Shown here: positions 1-9,823 of the stretch, piece by piece
Position numbering within the stretch: position 1 is the stretch's first letter
Layout: every line of letters begins with the position of its first letter
Assembly: GCA_023439835.1 (NCBI GenBank)
Contig: JAEXUW010000013.1
Coordinates: forward strand, 22,099 to 86,098
Reading direction: 5' to 3'
Origin: Bacillota bacterium
GTDB taxonomy: Bacteria; Bacillota; Clostridia; Oscillospirales; Ruminococcaceae
Length of the DNA stretch: 64,000 nucleotides
Position numbers and translations under genes: made by a program
Notes under the pieces: model-generated
What the model was told of the DNA's origin: nothing
What the model saw: only the letters and a program-made list of their open reading frames with translations
Databases searched by the model: none

Positions 1-577
1 AATACGATACTGCTCAAGGAATTCGTCATAGCTTTCATCCTCAGTATTATCCATGATATAAAGTGTGATTTCAGTGCCGGCGGTATCCTTTTGACTTTCC
101 TCAACGGTATAACCTTCTGCGCCCTGCGACTCCCACAGATAAGCCGTATCGCTTCCGTATGCCTTTGTCAGAACGGTAACCCTTTTTGCCACCATGAAAG
201 CCGAATAAAAGCCGACGCCGAACTGCCCTATAATATTGATATCCTCTTTAGATTCGTTTTCATTTTTAAAAGCAAGTGAGCCGCTTTTTGCGATAGTGCC
301 GAGATTGTTCTCAAGCTCATCCTTTGTCATGCCGATGCCGTTGTCTTTGATTTTCAGCATTCGGGCGTCCTTGTCGATTGAAATATCAATTTTGAAATCC
401 TCTCGGCACATTCCGATGGAGGTGTCGGTGAGGGATTTGAAATACAGCTTGTCAATTGCGTCACTCGCGTTTGAGATAAGCTCTCTTAAAAAAATCTCCT
501 TGTGTGTATAGATTGAGTGAATCATCATATCAAGCAACCGTTTTGACTCAGCCTTGAATTGTTTTTTTGCCAATGCT
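1..577 (-). CDS. htpG: Chaperone HtpG (Hsp90), N-terminal part; gene continues beyond window start
   Basis: Reverse-strand translation gives [43 protein letters not shown]...[15 protein letters not shown] (GHKL ATPase motifs). TTG start at 577 preceded by GAGGAG; TAA in frame just upstream. Confidence 0.88.
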
Positions 578-697
578 TAACACTCCTCAGTATAAAATTT
601 AGCACTCACCATTACAGAGTGCTAAAGATAGTATAGTATAAATGGAAAATGAAATCAAGAGGTTAATAAAAAATACACATAAATTTTAGAAATATGA

Positions 698-728
698 AAC
701 AGACGGCATTTCACCGTCTGTTCTTTTT
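698..728 (-). terminator. Stem-loop (aacagacgg/ccgtctgtt) plus U-rich tract, immediately 3' of the GH5 gene
   Basis: 9-bp perfect stem with short loop, flanking T/A runs. Confidence 0.5.
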
Positions 729-732
729 AAAG

Positions 733-2640
733 TTATGAGAGAGATTTTGCCGCTGTTAATGTAATTCCGTTTACTCCAAGCGGTATTGCGTGGTCAAGAC
801 CGACAAACTTTCCGTTTTGTTGCCACAAGACCTCTTTGACGAATTTGTACTTCTCACTGTCCCACGTGGTGAAGTCGTCAAGCAAAAGCCCGCCCGTGTC
901 GCCTGAATTTGCATTCAAGCACCAGAAGGTATGATGTAGCTTATAGGTGCTGATAAGCTGACGCATATAGGTCATCCACTTTAGGTTTGGCTCACGCATA
1001 AAGCCACCCCATTCGCCGATTAACAATGGCGCTGTGCCCTTGTCATAGATATAAAGCCAGTTGTCATACCAACAGTCGTCATAAAGACTCTGGTATGTGT
1101 ATCCGCCCTGAAACCACGGCTGTTCATATACTGTCGGGCCGTAATCATGCGGCGAATATACAAGCTTGTTCTGATATTTTCCCAGATTAATGGGGAAGTC
1201 CTTGACGCCTCTTAAATTCCCGCCCCACCAGTTGAAATAATAATCCGAATTGTTTGTTGAGGTGAAGTTATTTGAGCTGATGTTTTTTGGATAAGCCTCA
1301 ATTCCCTCAACCATTATTAAGACGTTGGGATTTTTGGCGAGAACTCTAGCCGCGGCGGTTTCGGCGACCTTTTTCCAGTTGTTCGGAAGATTTGAGTCGT
1401 TCCATATTGCGGCGGCTGAGCCTTCGTTTGGCTTTCCGTGCGGCTCATTTTTAAGGTCAAACGCAATAATCGTATCGTTGCTTTTATAGCGGTTTGCCAT
1501 CCATTCAAGCGCCTTGTAGTACTGCTCGGTTGAGAAATCTGAGGTGTACCAAAGGTTTGTCATGTGCCCCATTGAGTCTGTTTTTGCTGAGTGAATGTCT
1601 ATCATGATTTTTATGCCGTTATATTCGCATAAATTTACAACATAATCGAAAATTTCAAGGCTGTTCAGGCTATTCAAATTCGGGTTGTAGGCGTTGTTGT
1701 AGTTTGCTTTAGGATATGTTCCCGATGCCCACTGATTAATAAGCTCAGCAGAGAAAGGAATTCGTATAAGATTAAAGCCGTGGTCAGCAATGCCTTTTAC
1801 TGAGGTTTCAAGATTTGAAGCCCACAGCCCGTCGAAAATGTTTGTTCCTGTGTTATAGCCAAACCAGTTGACACCGGTCAGCCACACAGTTTTCCCCGAC
1901 TTATCGACGATTTTATTGCCCTTGACAAAAAGCCAGTCGTCGCCCTGAACGGCATCGGGGCTTCTTTCAAAAAGCATAGCAGTATCGACAGGCTCGTTGT
2001 TGTTTTGATCATTTTGATTGTTCTGATTATCCTGATTTCCCGCATTATCGTCCTGAGAAAATTCAACTGCTGTTCCGTTGACGGTTACTTTTGACGGAGT
2101 ATATGTCGAGGGCGTGCCTATTATAAAGCCGAAAGTAGCACTAGAGCCGCCTTGAATTTCAGTGTTGTGAAGAGCACCGGATACCTTCAAGGTAGTATCG
2201 GTGATATCAAACGCACCGTTCCAGCCCTGTTCAAGCTTTGCGTTTGTCGGAACGGAAATGTTGACAACCCAATTTGTTAGAGTTTCTGCGGTGTTGTTAT
2301 TAACCGAAAAATCAAGCTGTGTGAAAATAAGACCACCGTTCTCCCATGGATTAGAAGCTTTGTATGTAACAGTTATCGGCCCTGATGGCTGTGGTTCAGG
2401 CCGTGAGGAGCTGTCATCGCTGTTATCAGAGCTGTCTGAAGAAGATGAGCTGTCTGAAGAAGATGTCACGCTGCCGCTCTCACTCTCACTACTTTCGTCG
2501 CTGTCGTCGGGCTGAGAGGTGCTGACTGAGGCTTGAACGCTGTCAACCTTATCGTTATCCTTGTCATATGATTTACAATTCGTGAAAAAGAAAAATAAAA
2601 ACGCACATGCTAATGTAAACGCCAAATATTTCTTGCCCAT
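733..2640 (-). CDS. Secreted multidomain glycoside hydrolase family 5 endoglucanase (cellulase-type) with N-terminal signal peptide, Ser/Asp-rich linker, CBM2-like module, Asn/Gln-rich linker and GH5 catalytic domain
   Basis: 635 aa ORF; N-terminus [22 protein letters not shown] (signal or lipoprotein-like); [16 protein letters not shown] linker; CBM-like block with conserved W/G pattern; GH5 motifs LKNEPHG (acid/base NEP) and IGEWGG (nucleophile); RBS GGGGGAAG. Confidence 0.85.
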   Translation of the reverse strand: MGKKYLAFTLACAFLFFFFTNCKSYDKDNDKVDSVQASVSTSQPDDSDESSESESGSVTSSSDSSSSSDSSDNSDDSSSRPEPQPSGPITVTYKASNPWENGGLIFTQLDFSVNNNTAETLTNWVVNISVPTNAKLEQGWNGAFDITDTTLKVSGALHNTEIQGGSSATFGFIIGTPSTYTPSKVTVNGTAVEFSQDDNAGNQDNQNNQNDQNNNEPVDTAMLFERSPDAVQGDDWLFVKGNKIVDKSGKTVWLTGVNWFGYNTGTNIFDGLWASNLETSVKGIADHGFNLIRIPFSAELINQWASGTYPKANYNNAYNPNLNSLNSLEIFDYVVNLCEYNGIKIMIDIHSAKTDSMGHMTNLWYTSDFSTEQYYKALEWMANRYKSNDTIIAFDLKNEPHGKPNEGSAAAIWNDSNLPNNWKKVAETAAARVLAKNPNVLIMVEGIEAYPKNISSNNFTSTNNSDYYFNWWGGNLRGVKDFPINLGKYQNKLVYSPHDYGPTVYEQPWFQGGYTYQSLYDDCWYDNWLYIYDKGTAPLLIGEWGGFMREPNLKWMTYMRQLISTYKLHHTFWCLNANSGDTGGLLLDDFTTWDSEKYKFVKEVLWQQNGKFVGLDHAIPLGVNGITLTAAKSLS

Positions 2641-3082
2641 ATTAACTTCCCCCTTGGTTTAATAATAATGCTTTGCATCAGATTCTCAAATGAATTTATC
2701 AAACGCCTTAATTGGCTGAAGTACAAGAGAAAATCCACATAAAAGCCTATATTTATATTAGCACAAAAGATAAAATATTACAATATTATTGACGATGTTT
2801 ATAAATTATATTTCCTGACAAGGGTATTGACATATAAGGCGAAAGGTGTTAATATATTTGTAGTAAGCGTATGCTTACTTATATTAAGCGATTTATTTTT
2901 CAGTATAACATTTCTTTTTTTGTAAAAGCGCGCAGGCGCCTTAGAACCCCGCTTTCGCGCATTTTACAAAAAGCACTTGTATTTTTTACTATTGCATTTC
3001 GACAAAATACAACACAACCGTCAGTAGTAAAGGTGATTTTTTATTTAAAAGGTAAAATCGCTAGTGAAATCTTGTGAAATGC

Positions 3083-3136
3083 TTGACAAAACAAGTTAGC
3101 GGGAGTAAACTGATAATAGGTTAGACATCACTAACC
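3083..3136 (+). promoter_or_regulatory. Putative feo promoter (TTGACA ... TAAACT) overlapped by inverted repeat GGTTAG-N6-CTAACC, a candidate metal-repressor operator
   Basis: TTGACA at 3083-3088; IR GGTTAG (3118-3123) / CTAACC (3130-3135), preceded by TGATAAT. About 40 nt upstream of the feoA RBS. Confidence 0.4.
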
Positions 3137-3175
3137 CAATGATTTACAATCTTCGATTTATGAGGAGGAGTTATT

Positions 3176-3385
3176 ATGCCACTTACTATGGCTCGTGCAG
3201 GAAGCTGTTCATGTATAAAGAAAATAACAGGGAAGGACGAAGCAAAGCGTTTTCTTGAAAACCTCGGACTTGTTGAGGGCGCCGCTGTTACTGTCGTTTC
3301 TGAAATCGGCGGGAGTGTTATTATCAGCGTCAAGGATTCGCGAGTTGCGCTTGACAGGTCAATGGCAAACCGCATTATGATTTGA
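3176..3385 (+). CDS. feoA: FeoA domain protein (ferrous iron transport protein A)
   Basis: 69 aa SH3-like FeoA sequence; RBS GAGGAGGAG; immediately upstream of a second feoA and feoB. Confidence 0.85.
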   Translation: MPLTMARAGSCSCIKKITGKDEAKRFLENLGLVEGAAVTVVSEIGGSVIISVKDSRVALDRSMANRIMI

Positions 3386-3399
3386 TGGGGAGAATTTAA

Positions 3400-3621
3400 A
3401 TGAGAACACTAAAAGAGGTTAAATGCGGTGAAACCGTCACAGTGACAAGGCTCACAGGTGAAGGCGCAGTTAAAAGACGCATTATGGATATGGGCATTAC
3501 TAAAGGAGCTTCTGTATATGTAAGAAAGGTTGCACCGCTCGGCGACCCTGTTGAGGTGACTGTACGCGGATATGAGCTTTCACTTAGAAAAGCCGATGCT
3601 GAAATGGTTATGGTTGAGTAG
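3400..3621 (+). CDS. feoA: FeoA domain protein (second copy)
   Basis: 73 aa, MRTLKEVKCGETVTVTRLTGEGAVKRRIMDMGITKGASVYV, typical FeoA. Confidence 0.85.
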   Translation: MRTLKEVKCGETVTVTRLTGEGAVKRRIMDMGITKGASVYVRKVAPLGDPVEVTVRGYELSLRKADAEMVMVE

Positions 3622-3684
3622 CTCACATATTTTTTTCTGATAGAGTTAGTCAAAGCTAACAAAATATTACTGGAGGTTTGAAAA

Positions 3685-5829
3685 ATGTCTGTAAAAATTG
3701 CGCTCGCGGGGAACCCGAACTGTGGCAAGACCACGATGTTCAATGATTTGACGGGAAGCTCACAGTATGTCGGAAACTGGCCGGGCGTTACGGTTGAGAA
3801 AAAAGAGGGTAAGCTAAAAGGGCATAAGGACGTTGTTGTAATGGACCTTCCCGGAATATATTCTCTTTCACCATATACACTTGAAGAGGTTGTGTCAAGA
3901 AATTATATCCTAAATGACAAGCCTGACGTTATTTTAAATCTTGTGGACGCTTCAAATATTGAGCGAAATCTTTATCTGACAACTCAGCTGATAGAAATCG
4001 GCATACCTGTTGTCATCGCAATGAATATGATGGATGTCGTTTCCAAAAACGGCGATAAAATAAACACTGAAAAGCTTTCAGAGGCACTGGGATGTGCTAT
4101 TGTTGAAACAAGTGCGGTCAAAGGCGAAGGCTCAAAAGTTGCCGCTGAAAAGGCGCTGGCGCTTGCTTCATCAGGGGGAAAAACACCGGCGCTTCACCGC
4201 TTTTCTGAAGAGGTTGAAAGCTCACTGGCTGAAATATCCGACCTTATCACCGGACTTGTCGAGGAGGATCGGCAAAGATGGCTTTCAATCAAGCTGTTTG
4301 AGCGTGACGAAAAGGTTCTCGAAACCTTCAACGCAGACAATGACACAAAAGCAAAAATCGAAGCGGCAATTGTCAGATGTGAAAGCGCACTTGACGATGA
4401 CGCAGAGAGCATTATTACAAATGAAAGATATGAATACATAAGCGGTATTGTTTCAAAATATGTTCAGAAAAAACACAGAGGGCTGACAACCTCTGACAAA
4501 ATCGACAGGCTTGTCACAAACAGATGGCTGGCACTTCCTATATTTGCGGTGGTGATGTGGCTTGTGTATTTTGTTTCGGTCACAACGGTCGGCTCTTGGG
4601 CGACGGGCTGGGTGAACGACACCCTTTTCGGCGAGATAATTCCGCCGGCGGTTGACGGCTTTCTGACGAAGGTCGGCGCGGCTGACTGGCTGTCAAGCTT
4701 GATTCAGGATGGTATTATCGGTGGTGTCGGTGCTGTTTTGGGCTTTTTGCCTCAGATGGTCGTGCTGTTTTTCTTCCTCTCAATTCTTGAGGACTGCGGC
4801 TATATGGCTCGTATCGCGTTTATTATGGACAGGATTTTCAGAAAATTCGGTCTTTCAGGGAAATCATTTATTCCGATTCTTGTCGGAACAGGCTGTGCCG
4901 TTCCGGGAATTATGGCTTCTAGAACAATAGAAAATGAGAAAGACAGGAAAATGACTGTCATTCTTACATCATTTATTCCTTGCGGAGCAAAGCTGCCGAT
5001 AATAGCGCTTATAGCGGGCGCCTTGTTTACCGAGGCTTCATGGGTTGCGCCATCGGCATATTTTATCGGAATCGCCGCTATAATTTTGTCGGGAATAATT
5101 CTTAAAAAGACTAAATTATTCTCGGGCGACCCCGCTCCCTTTGTAATGGAGCTTCCCCAGTACCACATTCCGTCACCGAAGGGCGTTTTCATTCATATGT
5201 GGGATCGTGCTAAGTCATTCGTTAAAAAGGCAGGAACGGTTATTTTCATTGCGTGTGCTGTCATCTGGTTTTTGTCATCGTTTAATTTCAGTATGCAAAT
5301 GGTTGAGGCGGGCGACTCAATGCTCGCAAAAATCGGAAACACAATCGCACCTTTGTTTGCGCCTTTAGGCTGGGGCAACTGGGAATCTGCTGTTGCCACA
5401 TTCACCGGATTTATCGCAAAAGAAAATATAGTGGCAACCTTCGGCGTTTTGTTTGGTGTCAGTGAAGTTTCTGAAAACGGTGCTGAATACTGGGCTAATC
5501 TGGCGGCGATTATGACACAAGCGGCGGCATTCTCGTTCCTTGTTTTCAATCTTCTCTGTGCGCCTTGCTTTGCGGCAATAGGTGCAATCAAAAGGGAAAT
5601 GGGAAGCGCAAAATGGACATGGATTGCAATAGGCTATCAAACGGTGCTGGCTTATGTTGTTTCAATGATAATCTATCAGCTTGGAACACTAGTTTCAACA
5701 GGAGTATTTGGCTTTGGCACAGCGGTTTCGTTTGTTCTTCTTGTCGGATTTGTCTGGCTGATTGTTCGCCCTTATAAAGAATCCAAAAAGACTTTAGTCA
5801 GTGAACGTGCAGTTAATGCAGTGAGGTAA
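3685..5829 (+). CDS. feoB: Ferrous iron transport protein B (GTPase plus permease)
   Basis: 714 aa; N-terminal G-protein motifs GNPNCGKTT, DLPG; C-terminal polytopic membrane domain with gate motifs. Confidence 0.95.
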   Translation: MSVKIALAGNPNCGKTTMFNDLTGSSQYVGNWPGVTVEKKEGKLKGHKDVVVMDLPGIYSLSPYTLEEVVSRNYILNDKPDVILNLVDASNIERNLYLTTQLIEIGIPVVIAMNMMDVVSKNGDKINTEKLSEALGCAIVETSAVKGEGSKVAAEKALALASSGGKTPALHRFSEEVESSLAEISDLITGLVEEDRQRWLSIKLFERDEKVLETFNADNDTKAKIEAAIVRCESALDDDAESIITNERYEYISGIVSKYVQKKHRGLTTSDKIDRLVTNRWLALPIFAVVMWLVYFVSVTTVGSWATGWVNDTLFGEIIPPAVDGFLTKVGAADWLSSLIQDGIIGGVGAVLGFLPQMVVLFFFLSILEDCGYMARIAFIMDRIFRKFGLSGKSFIPILVGTGCAVPGIMASRTIENEKDRKMTVILTSFIPCGAKLPIIALIAGALFTEASWVAPSAYFIGIAAIILSGIILKKTKLFSGDPAPFVMELPQYHIPSPKGVFIHMWDRAKSFVKKAGTVIFIACAVIWFLSSFNFSMQMVEAGDSMLAKIGNTIAPLFAPLGWGNWESAVATFTGFIAKENIVATFGVLFGVSEVSENGAEYWANLAAIMTQAAAFSFLVFNLLCAPCFAAIGAIKREMGSAKWTWIAIGYQTVLAYVVSMIIYQLGTLVSTGVFGFGTAVSFVLLVGFVWLIVRPYKESKKTLVSERAVNAVR

Positions 5830-5840
5830 AAGGAGGGCTT

Positions 5841-6017
5841 ATGGCTTTCATAATCGAAAATCTCGCAACAATTATTATCAGCGTGATAATATTCTCTTTG
5901 ATGACGCTCGCCGCCGTATATATTTACAAACAGAAGAAAAAGGGGAGGTGCGTCGGCTGTGATGTCGGTGTATGCCCTAAAAACTGCGGCGGCTGCAGTT
6001 ATCATAGCAAGAAATAG
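5841..6017 (+). CDS. FeoB-associated Cys-rich small membrane protein (58 aa; below the 60-aa cutoff of the ORF track)
   Basis: ATG 12 nt after feoB stop, RBS AGGAGGG; MAFIIENLATIIISVIIFSLMTLAAVYIYKQKKKGRCVGCDVGVCPKNCGGCSYHSKK = one TM helix plus CxxC-rich tail; followed by terminator. Confidence 0.7.
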   Translation: MAFIIENLATIIISVIIFSLMTLAAVYIYKQKKKGRCVGCDVGVCPKNCGGCSYHSKK

Positions 6018-6026
6018 TTTGATATA

Positions 6027-6065
6027 AACAGGTCTGAATGTACAGGTTCAGACCTGTATTTTTTT
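6027..6065 (+). terminator. Rho-independent terminator of the feo operon
   Basis: caggtctgaa...ttcagacctg stem followed by T8. Confidence 0.8.
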
Positions 6066-6131
6066 CAAACCCTTTACCTTAACAAATTTATGTGTTAAAA
6101 TTAATGCAGTATAAAAAAAGGAACATTAATT

Positions 6132-7100
6132 ATGAAAAAAACAATTATCTGTATATCAGCATCAGCTCTTATTCTTTTGTCGGGATGCAATAATATTGAG
6201 GATTCGTCACAAGCTCTGTCACAGGCTGAAAAAACAACGACAGCTTCGACTTCATCGGCGATAACCGAAAACACGACAACAACTGAATACACCACTGCCC
6301 AGACGACTGAAAACACATCTTCTGAAACAACCACACAGGCGACCTTGCCACAGACAACAACAGTCAGCAGTGAGAATGATATTGCGGCATTTTCGGCACT
6401 TTCGCATTTTGTGGAGGAGAATGCTGAGTATTATGTCGAGTATCAGGCAAAGCACCCTTTGCTTGAAGCTTCAACTGTTGTCACATACGTTAACATAGGG
6501 CTTAACCGCCCCTTTTACACAGGGATTAAAACTATTCAGGATACTGGCAGTCTTATGGTTTTTTGCAACAAGTATAACGCCCTCCCCGAAAATTATGAGC
6601 CGTCAGATTTAACTATGATTTCGTCTGAAAATTCAATTTCGGGAAGAACGTTGTATCTAAGAAAAGAAGCCGCCGAGGCATTTGAAAAGCTTTGCAAGGC
6701 AGCAAGGGCGGAGGGTTATACAATTATCGGTCAGTCGGCTTACAGAAGCTATTCTTATCAAAAAAGCCTTTATGACAGCTATGTCGCCTCTGACGGTCAG
6801 ACTGCCGCAGATACTTACAGCGCAAGGCCGGGCCATTCGGAGCATCAGACGGGGCTTGCTATTGACGTTAAAAATGCCGAGCTTGCTTATAATCAGTTTG
6901 GAAAGACAGCGGAATATCAATGGGCAAAGGATAACATACACAAATACGGCTTTGTCATACACTATATTCCGAACAGTGAGTGGATAACAGGCTATAAAAC
7001 AGAGGAATGGCATTTTCGTTATGTCGGGATTTCGGCGGCGACAGAGATTTATCAGATGGGAATAACACTTGATGAGTATTTAGCGACTTATTATGTATAA
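6132..7100 (+). CDS. Lipoprotein with Thr/Ser-rich linker and C-terminal VanY/peptidase M15B D-alanyl-D-alanine carboxypeptidase domain
   Basis: Lipobox LLSGC; linker TTTASTSSAITENTTTTEYTT...; M15 motifs SAYRSYSYQ, GHSEHQTGLAIDV, EWHFRY. Confidence 0.8.
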   Translation: MKKTIICISASALILLSGCNNIEDSSQALSQAEKTTTASTSSAITENTTTTEYTTAQTTENTSSETTTQATLPQTTTVSSENDIAAFSALSHFVEENAEYYVEYQAKHPLLEASTVVTYVNIGLNRPFYTGIKTIQDTGSLMVFCNKYNALPENYEPSDLTMISSENSISGRTLYLRKEAAEAFEKLCKAARAEGYTIIGQSAYRSYSYQKSLYDSYVASDGQTAADTYSARPGHSEHQTGLAIDVKNAELAYNQFGKTAEYQWAKDNIHKYGFVIHYIPNSEWITGYKTEEWHFRYVGISAATEIYQMGITLDEYLATYYV

Positions 7101-7101
7101 G

Positions 7102-7137
7102 AAAAAACCACAGTGAGCTTTTTCACTGTGGATTTTT
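7102..7137. terminator. Bidirectional terminator between convergent genes
   Basis: ccacagtgagc ttttt cactgtgg stem flanked by A-run and T-run. Confidence 0.75.
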
Positions 7138-7139
7138 AT

Positions 7140-7652
7140 TCATATTCTCATTGTTAACTTGTTTTTTAGGTCGGGGCGAAGTGAGATTATGTAATTATAA
7201 AGCGTTACAAGCACCTCGTCTTGACTGATGGTGATGTCTGGAGAATTGCTTATATTTCTTATTTTATTAGCAATATTCATTTTGTGATATATTCTGTATA
7301 TCTTCTCATCTGTAATTACTACCAACCTCAAATAGTAAATACGTGCATATCTTGATGATCTAGTAAACGGCTCATAATATACTTCTTTTATGCTTTCAAT
7401 CGGTATGCTTCTTTCAAATTTCATTAGCTTTAAATATAAACGTTTATCGTTTAAGTCAAATATACCGGTTAATCCTAAATCAAAGAATACTGAAAGCACA
7501 AAAAAAATTAATCCAATCCCAAGTAATGAATACCTCATATCATATGACAAGCTATCATCAGAAGCAACCAAAAAACATGTAAATCCAAGAGCAAGAAATG
7601 TATACGATGCAACCCTGTTAAAATATTTGAAGTTACCTTTCAAACATATCAC
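7140..7652 (-). CDS. Hypothetical membrane protein (two N-terminal TM helices plus soluble bPH/DUF304-like domain); true start may be internal
   Basis: 170 aa ORF, hydrophobic N-terminal segments, no recognisable catalytic motifs. Confidence 0.45.
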   Translation of the reverse strand: MICLKGNFKYFNRVASYTFLALGFTCFLVASDDSLSYDMRYSLLGIGLIFFVLSVFFDLGLTGIFDLNDKRLYLKLMKFERSIPIESIKEVYYEPFTRSSRYARIYYLRLVVITDEKIYRIYHKMNIANKIRNISNSPDITISQDEVLVTLYNYIISLRPDLKNKLTMRI

Positions 7653-7706
7653 TCCGTTTCATAATGATAGTTTATCATCAAAGGGATAAAATGTCAACAC
7701 TTAGAA

Positions 7707-9743
7707 CTAGTTCATAACAGTTTCGCCTGTTTTTTCAAACAGAGCACGAACAAGTGCTTTCAGCCACTTGTTTTCTGGTGAGGAAAGCGAGCTGTCAGCC
7801 TCAAGTATTTCTCTAGCGACTGTCTGAGCGTTCATGAGAACCTCCATATCCTGTGACATATCCGCAATTTTAAGCTGGGGAAGTCCATGCTGCTTCATTC
7901 CAAAAAAGTCGCCGGGCCCGCGAAGCTTTAAATCCTCCTCGGAAATTTTAAAGCCGTCGTTTGTCTTTGAAAGAATCTTCAGCCTCTCCTTTGCGTCGTC
8001 GGTTGCGTTTTCGGTGACTAAAATGCAGTAGGATTTGTGAGTTCCCCGTCCCACACGCCCCCTTAATTGGTGAAGCTGTGAAAGCCCGAAGCGTTCGGCA
8101 TCCTCAATAAGCATAACCGCCGCATTAGGCACGTCAACACCGACCTCGACTACTGTTGTCGAAACAAGTAGCTGAAGCTTTCCGTCACGAAAGTCTGACA
8201 TGACGCTGTCCTTTTGTGCGGGGGTGAGCTTTCCGTGAAGAAGCCCTATTGAATAGCCTTTGAAAGAGCCTTTTTCAAGCTTTTTTGCATAGTCGCTTAC
8301 CGCATGAAGCTCGTTTTCATTCTCGTCAATCATGGGGCAGACTATATACCCCTGTCGTCCTTCGGCAATACGCTCCTTTATAAAATTAAAAGCACGTTCA
8401 CGAAGCTTGCCTGTGACGGCATAGGTTTCAACAGGCTGACGCCCTTTTGGAAGCTCATCAAGAACCGATACGTCAAGATCGCCGTAAATCATCAGTGCAA
8501 GCGTTCTCGGAATCGGAGTGGCGGACATGACAAGACGGTGCGGGTTCTCGCCCTTATTGGCTAAAACAGCACGCTGCTCAACGCCGAAGCGATGCTGCTC
8601 ATCGGTAATGACAAGACCTAGATTTTTAAAAACTGTTGTTTTTTGAACAAGCGCATGCGTTCCGACAATAACGGAATAGTCGCCCTGTTCTATCTCGTTT
8701 TTCAGCTTGACTTTTTGATTTTTGGTCAGCGAGCCTGTGAGAAGGCATACTCTCACGCCGGAAGGCTCAAGAAAAGTCTTGAGCGTTAAATAATGCTGTG
8801 ACGCAAGAATTTCTGTCGGCGCCATCAGTGCGGACTGACAGCCATTTTTGAACGCAAAATAACAGCACGCCGCCGCAACCGCTGTTTTTCCCGAGCCGAC
8901 GTCGCCCTGAACAAGCCTGTTCATTGGGTATTCCCTGCACATATCAATAAGACAATCTGAAATAGCACGCTTTTGTGCGCCAGTCAGTTCAAAGGGGAGC
9001 TGTGAATAAAAGCCGCTCAAATCAGCCTTTTTCATTCTGTGCCCTGTGAGAGAGCGGTTTTGTGTACGCAGCATCAGCATACCAAGCTGAAGAATTAAAA
9101 GCTCGTCAAAGACAAGACGATGCTTTGCGATTTCTAGCTCTGTATGACCTTTTGGAAAATGAATATTCTCAAAAGCATATCGAAGCGCACATAGACTATG
9201 CTTTTGCAATATATTTTTTGGGAGAGGCTCGAAAACAGCCTCCTCAAAAATTTTCAAAGCGTTTGCTACTGCCGTTTTGACGGCGTTTTGATTAAGCCCC
9301 TCTGTCAGCGGATAGACAGGCTGTATTTTCGTTTCACTGTCAGCGTGAAGGATTAGGGGCGACGAAATTTCCTTTTTGACAAGATTACCTGTTATTTTCC
9401 CTGAGAGAATGTATTCCTTTCCCTCGCTGAGCTGGTCGAAAAGATATTCACTGTTATAAATAATGATGGTAATGTCACTTTCACCGTCTGTAAAAACAGC
9501 TTTATACACTGTCATGGAGTTTTTGATGAACGAAGGCCGCATTTTTTTTATGACTGTTCCTCGAATAATATTGGTCTGTTCATTTATGGTGTCTTTAATA
9601 GGAATGGGGGAGGAAAAGTCAAGATAGCTTCTCGGAAAATGATTAAGAAGCTCATAGACAGTGTTAATGCCGAGCTTTTTAAGATAGCCTGCACGCTTTT
9701 CCCCGACACCTTTGAGGTAAGTCACAGGGTCGCTGAGCTTCAT
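7707..9743 (-). CDS. recG: ATP-dependent DNA helicase RecG
   Basis: 678 aa; wedge domain plus helicase motifs GDVGSGKT, DEQHRFG, and C-terminal RecG-type motifs. Confidence 0.95.
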   Translation of the reverse strand: MKLSDPVTYLKGVGEKRAGYLKKLGINTVYELLNHFPRSYLDFSSPIPIKDTINEQTNIIRGTVIKKMRPSFIKNSMTVYKAVFTDGESDITIIIYNSEYLFDQLSEGKEYILSGKITGNLVKKEISSPLILHADSETKIQPVYPLTEGLNQNAVKTAVANALKIFEEAVFEPLPKNILQKHSLCALRYAFENIHFPKGHTELEIAKHRLVFDELLILQLGMLMLRTQNRSLTGHRMKKADLSGFYSQLPFELTGAQKRAISDCLIDMCREYPMNRLVQGDVGSGKTAVAAACCYFAFKNGCQSALMAPTEILASQHYLTLKTFLEPSGVRVCLLTGSLTKNQKVKLKNEIEQGDYSVIVGTHALVQKTTVFKNLGLVITDEQHRFGVEQRAVLANKGENPHRLVMSATPIPRTLALMIYGDLDVSVLDELPKGRQPVETYAVTGKLRERAFNFIKERIAEGRQGYIVCPMIDENENELHAVSDYAKKLEKGSFKGYSIGLLHGKLTPAQKDSVMSDFRDGKLQLLVSTTVVEVGVDVPNAAVMLIEDAERFGLSQLHQLRGRVGRGTHKSYCILVTENATDDAKERLKILSKTNDGFKISEEDLKLRGPGDFFGMKQHGLPQLKIADMSQDMEVLMNAQTVAREILEADSSLSSPENKWLKALVRALFEKTGETVMN

Positions 9744-9774
9744 ATTCCAACCCTCCTAAAGAGCAAAGTCAAAA

Positions 9775-9808
9775 CGGACTGCAAAAGGCTCCCCTTTGGC
9801 AGTCCGCA
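9775..9808 (-). terminator. Terminator hairpin downstream of yloV
   Basis: cggactgc...gcagtccg stem, U-run on minus strand. Confidence 0.6.
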
Positions 9809-9823
9809 GATAAAAATCTGATA

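Noticed and set aside
91-511. Plus-strand ORFs 91-279 and 236-511
   Set aside because: They lie antisense within the clearly coding htpG N-terminal region and have no RBS; low-complexity translation.
2201-2515. Plus-strand 104-aa ORF rich in Ser/Leu/Glu
   Set aside because: Mirror image of the Ser/Asp-rich linker of the GH5 gene on the other strand; repeat-driven open frame.
3111-3136. Canonical DtxR/IdeR box or 19-bp Fur box at feo promoter
   Set aside because: Half-sites match DtxR but spacing is 6 nt rather than 1, and only a partial GATAAT Fur element is present; reported only as a non-canonical candidate.
4094-5640. Several 70-130 aa ORFs on both strands inside feoB
   Set aside because: Fully nested in a high-confidence 714-aa FeoB gene.
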